DNA of 64,000 nucleotides, taken from positions 40,920,001 through 40,984,000 of the forward strand of contig OX597839.1 in NCBI GenBank assembly GCA_951406725.2, given 5' to 3'. Every line of letters begins with the position of its first letter. Position 1 is the first letter of the stretch. The notes under the pieces were generated by a model that searched no databases, was not told where the DNA came from, and worked only from the letters and a program-made list of their open reading frames with translations. The translations under genes were made by a program, and so were the position numbers. The stretch comes from Octopus vulgaris (taxonomy: Eukaryota). Of this stretch, positions 56,622 through 64,000 are shown piece after piece.

Positions 56622-56832
56622 CGTGTGTCTGTGTTTGTCCCCCTAGCATTGCTAGACAACCGATGCTGGTGTGTTTATGTCCCCGTAACTTAGCGGTTCG
56701 GCAAAAAGAGACCGATAGAATAAGTACTGGGCTTACAAAAGAATAAGTCCCGGGGTCGAGTTGCTCGATTAAAGAATGTGCTCCAGCATGGCCGCAGTCA
56801 AATGACTGAAACAAGTAAAAGAGTAAAAGAGT
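56232..56832 (+). mobile_element. 5'-truncated OK-like SINE with a duplicated tail (a further copy at 58022-58320)
   Basis: Family homology. Confidence 0.8.
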
Positions 56833-56893
56833 AAACTAAAATATTGACTTTTCAGTCGATTTATCTAAAACAGAAAAAAAATTAGCTAGCCAT

Positions 56894-56962
56894 AGGCCAC
56901 CAGAGAGAATTGAACTCTAGACCCGTGGCTTTACAGAAACAGTCTTCTAATCAATGAGAATA
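56894..56962 (-). pseudogene. Decayed tRNA copy (Thr-like)
   Basis: Aligns with 58609-58681; T-arm CTAGAGTTCAATTCTCTCTGGTGGCCT retained, anticodon and D arms disrupted. Confidence 0.6.
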
Positions 56963-57224
56963 ATAACAGATGCAATGATGAAGAATATACTTACAGCTTT
57001 GGGATTATAACGATTCTGCCAGCGAGTCGCTTTCATCTGTTTGTATATATATTGATTGATGAGGCGTATATAGAGTGTTTGTGTGTCACCACAGATTTCG
57101 TCAGCAGTGGTGGGGGTCACTGACTTGTCTAATAGTATTGACCTGGAAGTGCTATATATACATTAGGAGCCATAGCTTACTTTATACTTTACACAGCTTA
57201 ATATCGATAGACCAGAAAAGCCAA

Positions 57225-57910
57225 TATTTAAAGAAAACTCCTACGCACAAGTCTATTTAGTTTCTCTCCGAAATATTTTTACTTAGCACTTCAAATTTTC
57301 TCCAATCCTTGCCGCTCACACCCCAACACAGACACACACCCTTATATCACTAATTTTTTAGGTATTTAAAAAAAAACTTTAGGGCCCAAGATTCAACCCT
57401 TTTTGTCCTAAAAAATGAGTGCTGTATCACCATGGTAGATATTGAACCTTGCACCAAGAGATAATGAAGTAGTGATCATATTTAACAATGACAAGTCTCT
57501 TAACCCCCTGGGGTGGGGATCGTTCGGGCGCAGCAGAGAAAGCCTGGTGGAGCCCAATATTTAAAGAAAACTCCTACGCACATGTCTATTTAGTTTCTCT
57601 CTGAAATATTTTTACTTATCACTTCAAATTTTCTCCAATCCTTGCCGCTCACACCCAACACAGGCACACACCTTTATATCACTAATTTTTTCGGTATTTT
57701 AAAAAAACTTTAGGGCCCGAGATTCAACCCTATTTGTCCTAAAAAAATGAGTGCTATATCACCATGGTGGATATTGAACCTTGCACCAAGAGATAATGAA
57801 GTAGTGGTCATATTTGACAATGACATGTCTCTTAACCCCCTGGGGTGGAGATCGTTCGGGCGCAGCAGCCATGCAGTGTATCTTGGGTAAGAGACCCTGG
57901 TGGAGCCCAA
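57225..57910. repeat. Tandem duplication of about 333 bp with moderately diverged copies
   Basis: CAATATTTAAAGAAAACTCCTACGCAC recurs at about 57222 and 57555. Confidence 0.85.
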
Positions 57911-58608
57911 CCCTCTCCTGGCTAAACACATTTCTACAGCTGAGTGGACTGGAGCAACGTGAAAATGAAGTGTTTTGCTCAAGAACACAACGCATCGCCC
58001 AGTCCAGGAATCGAAACCACAACCTTGTGAGTGGATTTGGTAGACGGAAATTGGAAGAAGCCCGTCGTATATATGTATATATATATATATATATGCGTGT
58101 GTGTGTTTGTGTGTCTGTGTTTGTCCCCCTAGCATTGCTTGACAACCGATGCTGGTGTGTTTATGTCCCCATTACTTAGAGGTTCGGCAAAAGAGACTGA
58201 TAGGATAAGTACTGGGTTTACAAAAGAATAAGTCCCGGGGTCGAGTTGCTCGATTAAAGGCGGTGCTCCAGCATGGCCGCAGTCAAATGACTGAAACAAG
58301 TAAAAGAGTAAAGAGTAAAAGAGAGAGTAGATTATCCTGATCAAACTATATTATTAGCATTATCCTGCGTTTGAGAAGTTAAAATCACTTCTTTAACTTT
58401 CTAAGACATCTCATCGCTTCTAAAGCAAACTTCGTTTGTTTGTTTACGTTCATCGTAATCTGAATTTAACTGACTATGTTTTATTCACATCACGGAATTG
58501 GAGAAGTACAGTATTTAGAATAACAGAAAAGGTTCACAATCACAGCAAATTCGTTTTTAAGTTTATCATCAAGCAACTTTAGAAGAAAAACATAAAATAT
58601 ATAATCCA

Positions 58609-58681
58609 AGCCCCCAGTGAGAATTGAACTCACGACCCCTGGTTTACAAGACCAGTGCTCTAACCACTGAGCTATGGAGGC
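58609..58681 (-). tRNA. trnT-UGU: tRNA-Thr(UGU)
   Basis: GCCTCCATAGCTCAGTGGTTAGAGCACTGGTCTTGTAAACCAGGGGTCGTGAGTTCAATTCTCACTGGGGGCT forms a full cloverleaf with anticodon TGT, A/B boxes and a downstream oligo-T. Confidence 0.96.
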
Positions 58682-60590
58682 TTAGCTGGTGAGAATCTTT
58701 TTATATTTCTATTTAAATCTAACTTTGTCTCAAAGAAAGCTCTGAGATAAAGGGTGTGTCTAGTTTGTGAACAACAATATTTGGTAAAGTTGGACTGGTT
58801 GAATATTTCTGGTTCTATAAGATTCTGTGAAAGATGCGTGAAGGGAATTCTTTAAATGGTTGCACCAACTGTTACAATATGGAACAGTATTAACTGTAAA
58901 ATGGGTAAGTCTGAAGGCAAGAACAACACTCTGGGTTTCAAGAGAAGAGATCAATAGTCATGTAGGTCCTGGGCCTTTGAAAGAGGAGGAGGGAGAAAGA
59001 AGAAGAAGAAGAAGAAGAAGGAGGAGGAGGAGGAGGAGGCGGAGAAGAAGAAGAAGAAGAAGAAGAAGAAGAAGAAGAAGAAGAAGAAGAAGAAGAAGAA
59101 GAACAAGAAGGAGGAGGAGGGGGGAGAAGAAGAAGAACAAGAACAAGAAGGAGGAGGAGAAGAAGAAGAAGAAGAACAAGAAGGAGGAGGAGAAGAAGAA
59201 GAACAAGAAGGAGGAGGAGGAGGAGGAGAAGAAGAAGAAGAAGAAGAAGAAGGAGGAGGAGGAGAAGAAGAAGAAGAAGAAGAAGAAGAAGAAGAAGAAG
59301 AAGAAGAAGAAGAAGAAGAAGAAGAAGAAGAAGAAGAAGAAGAAGAAGAAGAAGAAGAAGAAGAAGAAGAAGAAGAAGAAGAAGAAGAAGAAGAAGAGGA
59401 AGCTACCTACCTACCTACTGCCTTGACATTGCTTAAGTTCAAGAAAGAATTTGTTTGGGATTTGGACTACGAAGTCTCAAACTGTCACAGAAATCATTAA
59501 AACAAGAAGGTTTTGTCTGTGTTTTGTGTGAACAGCAAGAATTTCGGGAAACTGGAAGAAATATGCAGAAATATTTCTGAGACAGTCTGAGAGAGCCAAG
59601 TATAGAAAACCTTTGCAACTCACAATAGAGACACGCCTTTCTGTAGTTCTGGTTCCTGTGACAATTTGAGAGTCCTTGGGTCAAAATCTAGATAGCAAGA
59701 TTTACTCTTTTATTTGTTTCAGTCATTTGACTGTGGCCAAGCTGCAGCACCGCCTTCAATCGAACAAATCGACCCCAGGACTTATTCTTTGTGTATTTCT
59801 TTACTACCCACAAGGGACTAAACACAGAGAGGACAAACAAGGACAGACAAACGGATTAAGTCGATTACATCGACCCCAGTGTGTAACTGGTACTTAATTT
59901 ATCGATTTATCAAAGTGGACCTCGGCGGAATTTGAACCCAGAACGTAACGGCAGACGAAATACGGCTACGCATTTCGCCCGGCGCGCTAACGATTCTGCC
60001 AGCTCGCCGCCTTGTTCTTTGTAAGCCTTCTTTGTAAGGACTTATTCTTTGTAAGCCTAGTACTTTTGCCGAACCGCTAAGTTACGGGGACGTGAACACA
60101 CCAGCATCGGTTGTTAAGCGATGTTGGGGGAGACAAACACAGACATATACACACACGTACAAATATGTATATACATAAATACGGCGGGCTTCTTTCAGTT
60201 TCCGTCTACCAAATCCACTCACAAGGCTTTGGTCGGCCCGAGGCTATAGTAGAAGACACTTGCCCATGGTGCCACGCCGTGGGACTAAACCCAGAACCAT
60301 GTGATTGGTAAGCAAGCCACTCCTATTTAATTTACTTAAGGTTTTGTTGTCTTAAAAAAGAGAAATATTTCTGAAACTTTAGAAATGGTCCACATCTAAA
60401 TATATATATACCGTACTTGATAGTTTATAAGTTGTACTTGGTATCCAAAAAGTAGCTAAAAATCACCCGAGATCTAACATGCGAAGTAGGGCCTTTCACA
60501 AGTTAATATTGTCCCTGATACTCACCTCTATCAGCTAATTTTAAGCCATGTGGTATCTTCTATCTAGCCTAACTTCATAATAATAATACT

Positions 60591-60969
60591 GTGGAGGCGC
60601 AATGGCCCAGTGGTTAGGGCAGCGGACTCGCTGTCGTAGGATCGCGATTTCGATTCCCAGACCGGGCGTTGTGAGTGTCTGTTGAGCGAAAACACCTTAA
60701 AAAGCTCCACGAAGATCATGGTGGTGATCCCTGCTGTACTCTTTCACCACAACTTTCTCTCACTCTTACTTCCTGTTTCTGTTGTACCTGTATTTCAAGG
60801 GGCCGGCCTTGTCACTCTCTGTGTCACGCTGAATATCCCCGAGAACTACGTTAAGGGTGCACGTGTCTGTGGAGTGCTCAGCCACTTACACGTTAATTTC
60901 GCGAGCAGACTGGTCCGTTGATTCGGATCAACCGGAACCCTCGTCGTCGTAACCGACGGAGTACTTCCA
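60591..60969 (+). mobile_element. OR-like SINE with a 12-bp TSD
   Basis: AATAATAATACT flanks both ends. Confidence 0.88.
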
Positions 60970-61869
60970 AATAATAATACTATTTACTTAAGCATTATTA
61001 TTTTTACTCGTATTGTAAAAGGAATTATCATGGCCTGTTTTATCGCCGTAATAATATAGGATATTTCCACCATCGTTATATCTTACTTTATATTCAGTTC
61101 TATTGCCAACTTACTTTGTATCTACAGCAATATTTTCTGCTATGCGTAAGGAGCATTTGTAATGTTTTGTAATGTAGTTAGATTTCAAAAAAAAAATATT
61201 ACCTGCTTTAAAGAGCTAAAACTTTTCCCCTAATTGTTTGCTACTGAAATTAGGGTCTGTCTAATATAGAATAAAACTTTATATATAAAGAACGTGAAAT
61301 ACACGAATTGACGAACACGGAAAACAAACAGTCAATCAGAGCCTTCATTCTTCAGTCAGAAACCGATTCATCATGGCAAATTTCGGCTGTTTAATTCTGA
61401 GATTTGCTCCAAAACGGCCAGCCCCAAGGAAAAGCTAAGCTATGGGCATTAGATTTCCTTGGTAGAAGGAAAGAATGTGACAACAGAGACGAATAGGAAA
61501 ACAAGAGATAAAGATAAAATTGGAAACAGTAACGAATAAAAACAGGAATGAATAAAAACGAATAAAAACAGGGGCGTCTTACGACTTTGAGACAAAATGG
61601 GACAAAAACAATTGATCAGCAAGCGTCCCGTGTGTCTTGTATGCCATCAAATACGGCAGAAGTTATATGTATTTTTAAGGTTTGTGATCCGTGTGTTGGG
61701 AGCGATACGTAGACGTTGCTCCATTCTAAAATACCACTTTCTTTCGTAAAACACGCGCTGATGTCTCATTTCTAAAAAATAAAATATCATATTGATTTTC
61801 CATTTCATTTAATTACACTTCTATGATTTTATCGAATAAAGCCTCAGTTTCCGACTGACTCCAGCATAT

Positions 61870-61971
61870 ATGCTTATACACACACACACACATCGATATA
61901 TATGCGTGCATATATGCCTCTATGTATATATATACATGTGTGTGTGCATATATACATATATATATATACAT

Positions 61972-62054
<83 letters not shown>

Positions 62055-62338
62055 TAGATATATATATATATATCTGTCTATATATATATACATATGTATA
62101 TATACGTATATATATATAAATATACATATAAAGGCATATATATGCATATATATGTATATATTTTTGTATATATATGTATATTCATATATATATGTATATA
62201 TATGTGCGTGTGTATATATATATACATATATACATATATATACATATATATATATATATACACATATATATGCATACACACGCACACACATATACACAGG
62301 ATTTATATGTTTGTGTATAATTATGGGTGTGTGCGACA

Positions 62339-62375
<37 letters not shown>

Positions 62376-62774
62376 GCAACACGCACATACGTATATAAAC
62401 ACACACGTATATGTGTGTGTGCGCGCGTTTCTGTTCAGATACATACATGCACGCATACTTACACACACACACATACGCACATACATACACACATATATAC
62501 ATATATACATGCATACATACATACCTACGTACATACATACATACATACATACGTACGTACGTACGTACATACATACATACATACATACATACATACATAC
62601 ATACATACACACATATATACATATATACATGTATGCATACATACATACATACATACATACATACATACATACATACATACGTACGTACGTACATACATAT
62701 ATACACACATACATACATACACACATATATACATATATACATGCATACATACATACCTACGTACATACATGCAA

Positions 62775-62807
<33 letters not shown>

Positions 62808-63016
62808 TACATACATACATACATACATATATACATATACATACATACATACACACATATATACATACATACATACATACATACATACATACATACGTAC
62901 ATACATACATACGTACATACATACATACATACATACATACATACATACATACATACACACATACACACACATACATACATACACACATACATACGTACGT
63001 ACATACATACATACAT

Positions 63017-63056
<40 letters not shown>

Positions 63057-63557
63057 ACATACATAAGCTTGCGGGTCAGTCAGCTTAACTGTGATGCTCG
63101 TCCCTATGCTATGTTCGTCCCTAGAGAGCGGTCATTCACCACCTTATCTTCTGAATAATCTTTTCCGTTTCTATCATCACCATCATCATCATTATCATCG
63201 TCATCATCATCATCATCATCACCGCCACCATCATAACCACCCCTATCGTTACTATCATCATCTTCACTGTCCCCACCATCGTCACCACTACAACCACTAT
63301 CATCATCGTCATCATCGTCATCGTCGTTATCTATTCCGAAATTTTGAAACCATTGTTACATTTTATCTCTTTCCGACTTGTAATTAGTTGTCTTCGCATT
63401 CTCAGCTCAGCACATGAGACCCAGAATACCCAGGATGTCTGTCTACAGACACACACACGCACACACTCACTCATACACACACATATAAAGAAGAAGTAGT
63501 AGTAGTAGTAGTAGTAGTAGCAGCAGCAGAAGAAGTAGAAGAGGAAGAAGAAGAAGA

Positions 63558-63604
<47 letters not shown>

Positions 63605-63682
63605 AAGAAGAAGAAGAAGAAAAGAAGAAGAAGAAGAAGAAAAGAAGAAGAAAAGAAGAAGAAGTAGTAGTAGTAGAAGAAG

Positions 63683-63757
<75 letters not shown>

Positions 63758-63905
63758 AAGAAGAAGAAGAAGAAGAAGAAGAAGAAGAAGAAGAAGAAGA
63801 AGAAGAAGAAGAAGAAGAAGAAGAAGAAGAAGAAGAAGAAGAAGAAGAAGAAGAACAACAACAACAACAACAACAAGAACAAGAAGAACAAGAAGAAGAA
63901 GAACG
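61870..63905. repeat. Compound microsatellites (TA, CA, CATA, CAT, TAG, AAG); similar tracts occur throughout the window
   Basis: Direct inspection. Confidence 0.95.
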
Positions 63906-64000
63906 AGAATTAACCGACCGCACTCAAAAATTAAGTAAAAAAAAAACAGGAAAAATAATTCCGAATCCTTGTCCGGTAGCATATCGATCCCAAAATCTAA

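Noticed and set aside
58413-58421. ATCGCTTCT matching the U2 5' end
   Set aside because: Only 9 nt match, with no further similarity.
61375-61425. GGCTG/CAGCC-GAAA stem on the minus strand resembling a hammerhead
   Set aside because: No recognisable CUGANGA-type strand or stem I; at most a decayed relic.

Overview
AT-rich, microsatellite-saturated animal DNA. The SINE families resemble those of Octopus (inference), and the window is probably intronic or intergenic. No host protein-coding exon could be supported; nearly all ORF-track entries are microsatellite translations. Real genes: one U2 snRNA (51192-51380, with variant positions) and one tRNA-Thr(UGU) (58609-58681, minus), plus a decayed tRNA copy. 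The rest is transposon-derived: about 30 tRNA-derived SINE copies or fragments from three families, LINE fragments (CR1-like, R4/Dong inside a (TAA)n tract, HERO-like), mariner relics, non-autonomous Helitrons, a TIR MITE, a hAT-MITE-derived tandem array and recent tandem duplications. Top observations: (1) a complete hammerhead ribozyme core in a non-circularly permuted, pseudoknotted order in the 3' UTR of the HERO-like LINE (30873-30987); (2) at least seven different minimal hammerhead-like motifs, mostly in (TA)n-embedded and often palindromic Penelope-like cassettes, showing C-G, G-C and U-A covariation at the 3-8 pair; (3) a 1.93-kb composite Helitron whose removal restores a Penelope-like promoter/splice-donor/hammerhead unit.
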